DNA of 64,000 bases. Origin: the human T2T-CHM13v2.0 reference genome, Homo sapiens. The position numbers and the translations under genes are program-made. Position 1 is the first letter of the stretch. Every line of letters begins with the position of its first letter. This document shows positions 34,865 to 50,172 of this stretch, piece by piece. The notes under the pieces are model-generated. The model did not search any database. It was not told the origin of the DNA and saw nothing but the letters and a program-made list of their open reading frames with translations. The stretch lies in NCBI RefSeq assembly GCF_009914755.1, contig NC_060936.1; one strand, given 5' to 3'.

Positions 34865-35622
34865 TCAAAAAAAAAAAAAAAAAAAAAAAGAGGGTATGTC
34901 TCTCTAAAGTAGTGCCTTCCTGAGAGGTTTTCAGCAGGGCTTTGACTACATGCTACTTCACATTCTATCTTGACTTTACATCCTAGCTCTTTTGTAAAAG
35001 TGACAGTCCTGTATTGGTCTGCCAGGTAAGCTCACTGCAGTTCCTTGTACCTGACTCCTGAGCCCACCTGTGCTCCTGGATGAAGCACTGAGACCCATTT
35101 GCCTTTGAAAGTTCTTCAATATGAATGTCAAGGATGGACACTTAAGCAGGCGAGAACTTGACCTAATGAGGTAAAAAACGTGGGCTCAATCCCTAGTTGG
35201 CCATCGAGCTTCCTATAGTACCTTTTGATTCTAAGAGGAGGCAGGATCAGACTTCAGCTGTTATTTACTTGGTGGACAATGGGGTACTAGAGATTTTCCT
35301 GAGGGCTAGTGGTGAGGATGGAAAGTGAAAAGAATGGCTACTGCTAAAGTCCGTGTCTAGTCAATGAAGGAAGGTAGCAGCCCCCTTTTTTCAATGGTGA
35401 GCCATCAATGGCCTGGCACTATGTGCATTTATTTGCTCAGCTGGTTGGGCCAAGGTTGATCAGTCATGAGAAAGGGGGATATCTTTAGTCTCATAGGCTG
35501 TTAGCAACAGACACCCACTCTCCTGCCTGGACTGGTGATTGGGAAGAAAAGGTATCTTCTTCCCGAGACACCCACTGCCTCTGCAGCTCCCTAGAGCAGG
35601 GAAGGGTCCCCGGGAATGTTAC

Positions 35623-35816
35623 CTAAAGCCGTGTTCCGCTCCTCCAGCAGTTCCACTTTCACCATCTGGTTGACAGGCGGCGCGTCCTCCAGCCGCTCGA
35701 TCAGGGCATTCACGAGGTCCTCGTGGTTGCCAGGGAAGACACCCAGGTGGTCCCCAGGCTGGTACTGCAGCTCCTGGCTCCCGTTGGTGTGGAGACGCAC
35801 GAAGATAGTTGACCGA
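35623..35816 (-). CDS. NOS1: NOS1 exon 21 (194 nt): RSTIFVRLHTNGSQELQYQPGDHLGVFPGN...NTALG (FAD domain)
   Basis: Contained in ORF 35591..35920; YQPGDH motif; GT-AG ends. Confidence 0.98.
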
Positions 35817-35964
35817 CTGCAGGAAATTGCAGAGGAATCATAGGACAAGGGCCAGCAGCTACTTCCTCCTTTTTTTGCTCTTCTGTCTGTCCTTGTTGGC
35901 TGCAATTCTCCTCCTTCCATTCTTGTTGGGGCCCGTGCTAACCAAGCCTATGCCCCCATCATTC

Positions 35965-35991
35965 TATTATTATTATTATTATTATTATTAT
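35965..35991. repeat. (TAT/AAT)9 trinucleotide STR in intron 20 (Alu tail)
   Basis: Counted directly. Confidence 0.9.
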
Positions 35992-36790
35992 GGTGAGATA
36001 GGGTTTTGCTCTGTCACCCTGGCTGGAGTGCAGTGGTGCGATCACGGCTCACTGCAGCCTCTATCTCCCAAGCTCAATGATCCTCCCACCTCAGCCTCCC
36101 AAGTAGCTGGGACTATAGGCAGGCACCGTCATGCCTGGGTAATTTTGGAATTTTTTGTACAGATGGAATTTCCCTATGTGGCCCAGGCTGGTCTCAAACT
36201 TGTGAGCTGAAGCAATCTTCCCACCTCGGCCTTCCAAAGTGCTAGGATTACAAGTAAGGGCCACAATGCTCAGCCATCATTCTACACTGAGGCTTTTATC
36301 AAGGTCACCAGTGAACTCCTCACTGCAAATCCAGTGGCTGGTTCCTAGGGTTCATCTGGATCTGGAAGCAGTATTGGGCATAACTCCTCATTCTCTCCTT
36401 CTTAACTCCCTTCTTTTGGATTCTAGCACCCCATTCTCAGTACTAATAGGGGTTCTCTCAGTGTCTAGCACTTCACTGGGACCACAGGCTGTGGCATCCC
36501 CAATCTGTGAAATTCTATATCTCCTAGGAATTCCAAGCCCCACCCCCTTTGGCAACCAGGGTTCCTCGTATTGTTATGGTAAAGGAAAAAAGACTTGGCT
36601 TTAAGCTTGGGTTCCTCCTATGCATAAATTCATCAATATTACAAAATTGAGAGATCTAAAAAGAAAACACAGAAGGAAACTCATTGATGCCACCGGGTTA
36701 TAACCTTTCTGCATTGATTTTTGTGTTTCAAGTTCAAGAGGCCTGTGCTAATCCAACAGCTTTCAATAATAAACTCTCAGAATGTGATTA

Positions 36791-37231
<441 letters not shown>

Positions 37232-37713
37232 CTACGATTGCTTTTTCAGATCTGCTTTTTCTTCATTGCCAATTAATTTTCAGTGGCTAGAGACGCTTGA
37301 TATTCAACATGAAGTTTCTATATTCTCTATGGTATGTAAATCAACACTTGAATAGCCCAATGGGACTCGCTATTTAAAGGACTTTTTGGCTCAACCGAGA
37401 ACCTTTTGTGCTACAAATAGCCACCATTATTAAAAAGAGTTGAGCGGGCACATTATTTTGGGGGAGGAAAGGGTGTCAAGTATTTTCTTGAAGCAAGGCA
37501 TCCCCGCCCTTAGCATAGTGGGGAACTTAGCGACCATAATTGTGAATGGCAGTATTAGAGTCTGGAGTCCCACTGGCCCTCCATGGGCAGACCTTGCCCT
37601 GTCTGGGAACTTGCACGACTGAGCCTTCTCAGAGCTCACACCAGTCTTTGGTTCCTGGGGAGCAAAAAGACAACACCTCCAGAGAGCTGCAAGAAGGAAC
37701 TCGCAGAAGCCGG

Positions 37714-37731
37714 GGCCAGCAGGGGGCGCTG
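37714..37731 (+). promoter_or_regulatory. Strong CTCF core motif (GGCCAGCAGGGGGCGCTG) in intron 20
   Basis: Near-consensus match to CCASYAGRKGGCRS in non-repeat sequence. Confidence 0.7.
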
Positions 37732-39311
37732 TGGGGTTTCTAATTTGGGAGCCTCCTAAGTCTACCCAAAGGAAGCCTTTGAAAGGCCCGCAAATCAATT
37801 CCCGCTTTCTTCCCAGATCATCACGATTTGTACAAAATAGAAATGCAGAGGACCCAAACTTGCTGAGCTAGCTCACGAGCACAGCCACCTCCCCCAAAGT
37901 CCTCTTGAACGAGGCAGAGGGTGGCCGTGCAGACAAGGAGCAGGCATGGGAACGTGGCTGGCAGGTGGGCTAGAATGCAAGGTGGGCCCAGGCTCTGGCC
38001 CTGCTGGGAGTTTAACCAAGGGGACTGACTCTGCATGCCGCTTGCTGAGAACCCTGGCAGAATGGCTGTGGGGCCCCAGGGCACCTTGGTGGACTGGTCT
38101 TTGATGCTTTGCTGGGAAGCCGACCCTCTGGGCGATAGCACTGGCTCAGAAACCAATTGTCTTAAATCTCAGTTCTGCTGAGCTTTGTAAGTAGAGAATT
38201 TTTAGCATTTCATTATTATTTTTATTTTTTTTTGAGATGGAGTCTCTCTCTGTTGCCCAGGCTGGAGTGCAGTCCACCTCCTGGGTTCAAGAGATTCTCC
38301 TGCCTCAGCCTCCCGAGTAGCTGGGATTACAGTAGCCCGCCACCATGCCCGGCTAGTTTTTGTACTTTTAGCAGAGACAGGGTTTAACCATGATGGCCAG
38401 GCTGGTCTCAAATTCCTGATTTCAGATGATCCACCGCCTCAACCTCCCAAAGTGCTAGGATTACAGGTGTGAGCCACCACGCCTGGCCTATTTTTTATTT
38501 TTTCTTCAAGCTTGGGACACATATGGGCCATATGAGAAGTACAGGGAGAAGGGGAAGAGGCAATGGAACAGCAGCAGCCATTTGGGCCCTATTCCCTTCT
38601 CCCCCCGAGTGTCCCCTCTGTGTGACTTATGTCTAGCCACATCCAGAAGCATCACATATACACACATGCTTGGCGGTGGCTCAATGATAGGTTTGCAGAT
38701 GAAAGAATAATTTGCTAATGTCCAGCATTAAATGGAAAAAAAAAAACAGAAAATGTGCATTCTTCAGTGAAAAGAGTAAATATTGTCACCTGTGAACTGC
38801 TCAAGGTAACAAGGTTCATTCATTCCACACCTGTACATCATGTGTCAGGCACTGTTCTAGGCACTGGTGAGAGAGGGGAAGGACAGCAAAGTGCCCTATT
38901 CTCATTGAGAAGTCACTTAAAGGATCTCAGGTGGGGTTGGTGATGTGGACGAGTGGGTGGTGATGGGTTGAGGGGAGCAGGCTATGTCAGACAGGACGGT
39001 CAGGGAGACTTCTCTGGCGATTTGACACTTAAGCAGAGACGTGCAAAGACCTGCAGGCACAGCATTCCAGGGATGGGGAAGAGCACGTGCAAAGGCCCAG
39101 AGGCAGAGAAAAGGTGGCATGTTCAAGGAAGGGAAAGAAGGCTGGAGTGTTTGTTTGGAGGGTGGTAGTGGCCAGATCACAAGAGCCTCATGATGACCTG
39201 TCATGGCAAGGAGTTTGGAGGTTTCCTAAAGTCCAGCAGGAGACCATCAGGGGCTGTGAAGCTGGGGAGTGACAGGCTTCAATTTATGGTTTTAAAAGAT
39301 TCCTCTGTCTG

Positions 39312-39950
<639 letters not shown>

Positions 39951-41919
39951 AATTCTTCCGTCTGCTCTTCGGAAAATGATGTTTTTAGACACAAGCTTAG
40001 AAACCAAGAGACAAGTTGGGTGGCTATTCCAGTCACTCCGACCAGAGATGCCTATGGCTTTGCTCAAAGTGGTGGGTCTGAGATGTAGTTGAAAGACAAG
40101 GCCAAGGGCATCTGCTAAGAGACTGCATGACCCAGGCGAGGGAGAGAGAGGAGTGAGGATGACACTGGAAGTTTTGGCTGAAGCCAAATGTTGATGTCCT
40201 CTGTTGAGACTGGGAAGGCTGGAGAGAAGAAATTTTACTTGACGGGGGATGAGACTGAAGCATTCTCCCCATCAAGAACTCTCCACTGTAATGTCTGCCA
40301 TTCTCCCAGACATCCCGGTGCTGACCTTGACTTCTGCTGTTCTTTCTTTCTGGACCTCCCTCCTCTCTCCTGCCTTTCTAAAGCCCACCCTCCCTTAAGA
40401 GGTTCATCTCAAGTCCTGCATTCCCCTCTTGCTCCTGACTTCTAGAACTTAGTGTCTACACCCCACACATTAGCGATCCATTATGTTGTCTCTTCTGTGT
40501 CGTTTGCTAATTGTTGTACGTGCATTAGAAAATTTATTTCCAGGCTGTGATGGTGACTGCGGTCACTTTTCTCTTTAGATTTTCAAGGATCACCCTCAAA
40601 AGGCTGCCTACTTCCTCATAAGCACTTTGTCTGCAATTAGTGGTCTCTCACAGGGGGATTAGTGATATCTTGGTTGTGGCCTTTTGGGCCAGACAGCCCA
40701 ACTTCAGCCTCAGGCGGGAGAAAAACAGGAGAGTCATGCTTTTCCACTCAATTATCCTTTTTCTTCTTCTTTTTTTTTTTTATAAGCCTTATGAAGCTGG
40801 AAACGGTATTAAGCTTGAAAATAGGTAGTGCTTTTAAAGCACTTTAAGCTTGAAAATACAGAACATACTTTTTAAGAGATAAACACGGAGGTGTGACTGG
40901 GTCCTTTTTGTGCTAATTCATAACTGATTTTAATTCTACACTCCAGTTCTAACCTTGTTTGGAATATTCTCTTGCTAGTCACTTTTAGACCCGTAGCTTA
41001 GAGTCAGGTGCCTCCTCTGGATTGGTGGGGGTGGGGGCTGATTTTGGGACTTTTGGTTCCACTTAGTATCAAAACATTTGCAAGTTTCCTTACTACTTAT
41101 GTACTATGGCTTTTGGAGTAAATTCTGTAAGCTGGTCTTTCATAGTTTGTTGCTGAAAGAAATTTCCAGTAGATTATTAGGCCTTCTCATACAATGCTAC
41201 TTAAATCATCCCTTCCCATAGGACCAAAATAAGTAGTGAGAAATATATTTCAAATATGGAGCCCCTCTCTGCATCAGGGACCATTATGCTCTGAATTGCA
41301 CTTAACTAATTATTCAGAGATTAATTTCCCACTCCATTTCTTTAATGTTTGAGAATCTAAGAGAGAATATGAGAGCCCTGGGGCTCTGCTGTGTTGATCA
41401 CTTTTATCAAAGGTTTGGAGGATTACATAGAAAGCACACACACTAAATTTGCAGGTGACATGAAGCAGGGATGGATAAGGAATACGGATGGGACTCTATG
41501 ATATGCTAGTTGTTTTATGTAGCTTATTTTTAATACTCAGCAGCCTTGCAATGCTGGTGAGGCCATCTGTGTAGCCATTTGGCACACTGACTTTGGCGTC
41601 AGATAACCGGGTCGGTGTGACCTTGAGAAAGTCACTTGTGTTTTCTAGCTGTCATTGTTCCTATTTAAAATGTGTATGATAAGAGTGCCTACTTCCCAGG
41701 CTGGTTAGAATTATAAAAGATCCTGGACAGAGGACTCAGCACAGTGCTTGGAACACAGAAAGCTCTAGAAAAACATTAGCAATCTTCAGAGCTATCATTC
41801 CCATTCTGTAGGTAAGGAGACAGGGACTCAGACCACCTAAATGACTTGGCCAAGGCCGCACAGCTAGTGTGTGGCAGAGCTGGGATTAGAACCCAGGACT
41901 GCTCAACTCAAGAGCCTAC

Positions 41920-42780
41920 TCTTAGACATCACATCTCAAATTGATCAAACCGGCTCTGTCCATCCATCTCTCTCCTTGTATAAGTAATTTTTCTTTTTCT
42001 TTTTTTTTTTTTTTTGAGACAGAGTCTCATTCCGTCGCCCAGGCTGGAGTACAGTGGTGCAACCTTGGCTCACTGCAGCCTCCGCCTCCTGGGTTCCAGC
42101 GATTCGCCTGCCTCAGCCTCCTGAGTAGCTGGGATTATAGGCCCCCACAAGCACGCCTGGCTAATTTTTGTATTTTTAGTACAGACGGGGTTTCACCACG
42201 TTGGTCAGGCTGGTCTCGAACTCCTGACCTCGTGATCCACCCGCCTTGGCCTCCCAAAGTGCTGGGGTTACAGGTGTGAGCCACCGTGCCTGGCCAAGTA
42301 ATTTTTCTAGCACTAATGAAGGTCTTTGCATTAGTTCCCATTGAATGGAATGTTTTTCACTTTGTAGTTATAGCAGAAGATCTTTTCAAGTCTTGATTCT
42401 TTGCGCAGCATAGCTCACTGCAATATGCTTGGTTCACCGGGTTACCCACCTCTGTTCCCAGAGCAGCAAGGGGGTCCTATGGCACTTTGCAATGATTGGA
42501 AAACAGCCAGTCCTTGGAATCAACAAGAGCTTGTCCTTTATTGTGGGTGGCACCTGGGAGCAGAGGTGGGTAACCTGGTGAACCAAGCACAGCACAGTGA
42601 ACTATGCTGTGCAAAGAATCAAGACTTGAAAAGATCTTCTGCTGTAACTACAAAGTGAAAAAGATTCCATTCAACAGGGATCTATGCAAAGACTTTCATT
42701 AGTGCTAGAAAAATTATTTATACAAGTAGAGAGATGAGCAGACCTGGTGTGATCATTTTGAGAAGACGTGATGTCTAAGA
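41920..42780. repeat. Non-Alu inverted repeat: left arm 41920-41994 + 42309-42461 (split by an Alu), right arm 42554-42780, 92-nt loop
   Basis: Manual reverse-complement alignment, about 90% identity over the inner ~165 bp; 33-bp perfect match 42372-42404 vs 42611-42643. Confidence 0.95.
41995..42295 (-). mobile_element. AluS-type element with 13-bp TSD (aagtaatttttct) inserted into the left arm of the inverted repeat
   Basis: TSDs at 41982-41994 and 42296-42308. Confidence 0.95.
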
Positions 42781-43684
42781 ACAGCAGCGACCGCTTTTAA
42801 TGGAAGAGCAGAACGGCCATCAGAACCGCGCCTGCGATCTCAGGCAGCATTAGCGCGTCCTGTTCAAATTGGTGATGGTAATAATAACCTCAGCATATTT
42901 GGCAGTGATCACATGCTCTCCACTGCACTGTGACCAGGTGAGAGTGACATTTCCAGCAGGACAGAGTGTGTCCTTTTACTAAAGCCAGAGGCTTGGGAAA
43001 CCATCTCTTAGGAAGAATGACTTGAAGGAATCAGGCCCCACAGGAGATTGGTCAATGTTGTTGGCTATTTCCAGGTCTTTCATTTGGAAAGAAATAAACT
43101 TATTTTAGGTGTCACAGAGAGTAAAACTGGGTTTAAAATAAAGTACTAGGAAGACATGCTTTGGTTACATTAGATAAAAAGATATTGGTTATATTGGATA
43201 TTAAGCTAATTTCTAACACTTAGGACTTCAAAACACAGAGTGGGCTGTTTTGTGAGGTAATGAACCTCCCATCAACCCAAAGAAATTTAAGCAGAGTGTG
43301 GGTAGCCACTTTTTAGCACTCCATTAAAAAAATTATCCACAATAGGAAATACTTGGACTAAGTGATTTCCAGCTAAGATGCTGTGGTACAACGAACATGT
43401 GGCGAAGCTACAGGGGTGTGGTCTACTGTTAAAAATCACTCAGAAAACCTTTTTCTTTCCTCTTTTCATGAGACCAATACCATCTCCTTTTTCCACTCCT
43501 TCAGGTTGGAGCTAGGCAAAAGGAAAGCAGGAACCCCAGACACTATAAAGCAGCAAGGGGGTCTCTATGGCACTTTGCAATGATTGGAGAACAGCCAGTC
43601 CTTGGAGTCCACAGGGCTTGTCCTTCATCGTGGGTGGCATTTGGGAGAAGACGTAGGTAACCCAGTGAACCAAGATGTTCCTAC

Positions 43685-43763
43685 CTGGATTTAGGGCTCT
43701 GGAGGTTTTGACGGCTAAGGAGCCGGGCAGCTGAGACTCGCTTTTTGTGGACATTGGATAGAC
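43685..43763 (-). CDS. NOS1: NOS1 exon 20 (79 nt): GLSNVHKKRVSAARLLSRQNLQSPKSS
   Basis: Manual translation; acag| acceptor and |gtagg donor; frame continuous with exons 19 and 21. Confidence 0.96.
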
Positions 43764-44354
43764 CTGTGGGGAGAAAAACAACAGTCTTCCTGAGAAGGGG
43801 TTGAATGTTCCATTAAAAACTCCCCAGGTGGGGCAACGTGGCTCACGCCCATAATCCCAACTACTTAGGAGGCTGAGGTGGGAGGATCACTTGAGGCCAG
43901 GGGTTCAAGACCAGCCTGGGAAACATAATGAGATCTTGTCTCAGAATATTAATACAAACAAACACTCTGCAGCATTGTATTCACCCTCTACTGACACTTC
44001 CACTGCTCTCTGGAGTAGAATGAGAGACAGAAGAGAGGAGATGAGGCAGGCATTGGTTGGGATGGGTGGGGTGGTTGTGGGTAGTGCAGAACAAAAAGAA
44101 AATATAGTTGAGTTAAGTTGAGAAGAGGATGGTTTGGAAGAACACAGTACATTACTAGAGAGAGAGAGGGAAACATTTACCAGCACTTGTTTTACTGAGT
44201 GTGGGAGAGCAGCAAAGTATTCATTTTGGTAGGACTGCACTAAAGGGAGATCAAAGCAATGAAGCCCATCTTCTCTAAGCACCTTCTGGAGGTGAGATCA
44301 CCTGCCTTTCCCCCATTGTCACGAATACCTCCCTGGAAGGGTGGTGGGAGGTAC

Positions 44355-44493
44355 CTTGTGTGAGTTCTGGAGCTTCGGCCACAAAGGTGAGGCGGAACTT
44401 GTTTCTCTTCCAGCTGCGATCATTGCTGATGAGGGAATTGTTGGCCTTTTCAATGTTGACATCATCTCCCACACAGAAGACATCACAGGCTGC
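44355..44493 (-). CDS. NOS1: NOS1 exon 19 (139 nt): [46 protein letters not shown]
   Basis: Contained in ORF 44275..44508; acag| acceptor and |gtacc donor. Confidence 0.97.
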
Positions 44494-44576
44494 CTGTGGT
44501 GTACACAAGGCTTTCAGTGACCTCTTTCAGCCAAGCGGATCTCCTCTCCAACAGCTCCAAGTCATGGCATGTATCT

Positions 44577-45000
44577 CTTCATTCACCCATCCATCCATCT
44601 ATCCAACCATCCATCCATCCATCCATCCATCCATCCATCCATCCATCCATCCAGTAACCCTTCCCTCCTTCCCTTCTTCCTTCCCTTCCTTTCTTCCCTC
44701 TACCCTTTCGTTGTCTTCCTTCCATCCATTCACCCATCCACTCATCTACTCTTCCATTCATCTACCCTTCCACCCTCCCATCCATGTATCTATCTTTCCA
44801 TCCATCCATCCATCCACCCATCCATCCACCCACCCACCCATCCATCTTTCCATGCATCCATCCTTCCCTCCATCTACCCACCCACTCATCCATCTTTCCA
44901 TGCATCCATCCTTCCATCCATCTACCCACCCACCCACCTATCCATCTATCTTTCCATGCAGGCATGCATCCATCCATTCATCTATCCATCCATCCATCCT
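44577..45000. repeat. Degenerate (CCAT)n / (ATGG)n simple repeat in intron 18
   Basis: Seen directly; explains the long spurious ORFs at 44360-45187. Confidence 0.95.
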
Positions 45001-46615
45001 ATATATTTTGAGTGTCTGCGATGTGCTGGACACGTCGGATTTGACATTGACTTTAGGACCTAACCTGTACTTAAGATATAATTCTATTGCGTCATTTATT
45101 CCTAAAACTGATGTGTGTAGAGGTTTAACATTAAAGAAGAAAGTAAACATCTCAGAATTTCCCAATCCATCTTCCTTTAATATTTAAGAATTACATAAAG
45201 GCAGAGCATATTGAATGTCTGGATGACTGCAAATACATTTTTCTTTTTTTTTTTTGGTCAAGCTCACTTGTTCTTTGACTTTAACAATTCTAAGAATTGC
45301 TGTCCTTATTTATTTATTTATTTAAGACAGAATCTCACTCTGTCACCCAGGCTGGAGTGCAGTGGTGTGATCTTGGCTCACTGCAGCCTCGACCTCCTCC
45401 CCAGGTTCAAGTTATTCTCATGCCTCAGCCTCCCAGGTAGCTGGGATTACAGGCATGTGCACCATGCCCAGCTAATTTTTAGTAGAGACAGGGTTTCGCC
45501 ATGTTGGCCAGGCTGGTTTCGAGCTTCTGGCCTCAAGCAATTTGCCCGCCTCAGCCTCCCAAAGTGCTGGGATTGCAGGCATGAGTCACCATGCCCAGCC
45601 AATGTCCTGATTTACTTTTTAAGATAAAACCACAGATAATTCAAAATAATGATAACTTTTAAGAGTAGTTTTTACCATTGTTTGACCTCATGTTGACTTC
45701 AAAACAATCCAAATGTTCATCAGTGGATGAATGGATTAACAAGATTTGACACATCCATACAACGGAATATTATTTGGCTATAAAAAAGGATGAAGTTCTG
45801 ATACATGCTATGACACGGATGAACCTTGAAAACATTATACTAAGTGAAAGAAGTCAGTCACAAAAGACCACATATTATATGATTCCATTCATGCGAAATG
45901 TCCAGCACAGGGAAATCTACAGAGACAGGAAGTAGATTTGTGGTTTCGAGAGCTGGGGGTGGGATGGGAGGACAGGAGGTTGACAGCTAAAGGGTACAGT
46001 GGCTTTTCACAGGCCTTGCTTCCTGGTTGCTCAGTCAAGGTTGGCTGATGGAAATCAAGCAACAGAATTATCTCAATGGGTATAAAAAGCCGTTATCTCA
46101 TCTCTCTTTGTCTGGGAGGAAATGCAGGAACAGGCTGATGAACATCGCCTCCCCACCTGGAAATCTTTATAGCCCAGGGGCCTCAGCTTCCCCATTTGCT
46201 CTCTACCTGCATTTGCTTTCAGGATGAAAAGCGCCAACTGAATGACAGAAGGTTGCATAGTACCCTTTCCCCTGGGGTTGCTGAGGAGAATGTATTCCAA
46301 GGCTAGGATGGAGTGGGTAAAACTGGCACAGTCTACATTTATTACCACCTCCCACCCCAGAATGGCCAGTTTAGTTATCCTCATATGCAGACAGAAGGCC
46401 ATGCATGGTTCATTTATCCCCCGGTGGCCTTAAATTTAAAACAGCTCTGGCCAATAGGATGTCTTATCATGATGGAAAGGTTCTGCACTGTCTAATAGGG
46501 TAACCCCTACCCCTGTGGCTACTGAGCATACAAAATGTGCTTACTGCAACTGAGCAATGGGATTTTTTTTAAATACTGAAGAAAGATAACAGTTTATTAT
46601 AATTTATTTTATTTA

Positions 46616-47044
<429 letters not shown>

Positions 47045-48409
47045 TTAACTTCATTTGTTTTATTTTCAGCTAACTGACCTGGGCCACTCAACATGGCTTT
47101 TATCATTCCTGATATTAGCACATGTTCTATTTTTACAATACATTCCTGACCATCAGAAGGTATCAATTAGACATGCATGGCACCAGGGACTTCACAGCCA
47201 CTATAGGCTTTCTCCTCTCCATCCATTATGTTCTAATGAAATTCTACTTTGCTTCCCCAGGAACTTTAGTGGTTTCCTGGTGAGGTGGGGATGCAGAGTC
47301 TGTCACTCTATTCTGTCTGAAGGAAGTCAGGAATGGGATTTTAAACCTGTTTAATTTAATTAATTATTATTATTTTTTAAGCAGATGAGGTCTCACTATG
47401 TTGCCCAGGCTGGTCTTGAGCTCCTGGACTCAAGCAATCCTCCTGCCCCAGCCTCCAAAAGTGCTGGGACAACAAGCATCAACCACCATGTCCAGCCTTA
47501 TTTAATTTTGTACTGTATAGATAGGTATAAATGTAATTCATATAACATACAACTCACTGTTTAAATATGCACAATCCTGTGGCATGTCGAACGTCCACAA
47601 GGTTATGCAACCCTTCCCATTACCTGCTTCCAGAACATTCTCATCACCCCCCCAACACTGAAAAACTTTTTTATCTATTAGCAGTCACTTCCATTTCCCA
47701 TCCCCATAACCCCTAGCAACCACTAACCTGCCTTCTGTCTCTATGGATTTTCTGATTCTGGACATTTTATATAAATGGAATCCTGCAATACATATTCTTT
47801 TGTGACTGGCTTCTTCCACTTAGTGTAAAGTTTTCAAGGTCCATCCATGTTGTAGCATGTATCACCACTTCATTCTTTTTTATGGATGAAGAATATTCCA
47901 TTGCATTGATGTACCACATTTTATTTACCCATTCATCCTACTGAATTTTAATTAGTTTAAGTTTAAATTTAAATGGCTATGTGTGGCTAGTGGCTACCAT
48001 ATTGGTTAGTGAAGATCTAGTACAAGAGGGGTAGGCGTGTCAAAATTGGTAGACTGCCAAGATGTTAGGTTTGGTTTGGTTGACCATCTCTTGTTTTCTT
48101 TGTGTACCTGTACACCAAATGGGAGTGACGGATGGCTTCCTCCCAGCCCTGACATTCCAAGACTCTATATAATTTTTTTTATGGACTAACTCCTTGCCCA
48201 TAATGTAGAATGTTGGATTCTGGGTAGAAAATATGTGTTTTCAGGACACCCAAATTTGTCTGAGCTGTTTAAAGCTGTATCTTGGCTGGATACATGGGAG
48301 AGGTACTGAGGGTTCTCTCAAGTTTATTCTCTTCTTGATGGTTTAGGTGCTGTCTTTGGGGGTGTGGGGAGCATTACTTTTTCCTGTAGGTCCATGAGAT
48401 CCAGATTAC

Positions 48410-48584
48410 CTTGAAGACCTTCTTGGCCCAGGTCCTGAAAGCCTCTTCCTGCCCACAGAGCTCATCCCCTTCCCTCATCTTCAGGATCCTCTCCCCTCCC
48501 AGTTCTTCCAGGAGGGTGTCCACAGCGTGTCCGAAGGCGCAAAAGTGAGGGTATGCTCGTGAGCCGAGGCCAAAAACTGAGAAC
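48410..48584 (-). CDS. NOS1: NOS1 exon 18 (175 nt): [58 protein letters not shown]
   Basis: FMN motif VFGLGS..YP.FCAF; acag| acceptor and |gtaat donor. Confidence 0.98.
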
Positions 48585-48646
48585 CTGTCAAGGAGATGAC
48601 AGAATGTTCATGCTAAGGGACTGTGGGGAATGTGGGGAGTGTCTGG

Positions 48647-50172
<1,526 letters not shown>

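Noticed and set aside
35965-35991. Identity with the published NOS1 (AAT)n disease marker
   Set aside because: Plausible, but I recall inconsistent intron numbering (20 vs 13) for that marker and cannot confirm without primer sequences
44360-45187. 275-aa plus-strand ORF, and YCAY (NOVA-site) clusters
   Set aside because: The ORF comes from the (CCAT)n repeat plus antisense exon 19; the YCAY reading is on the strand opposite the NOS1 pre-mRNA
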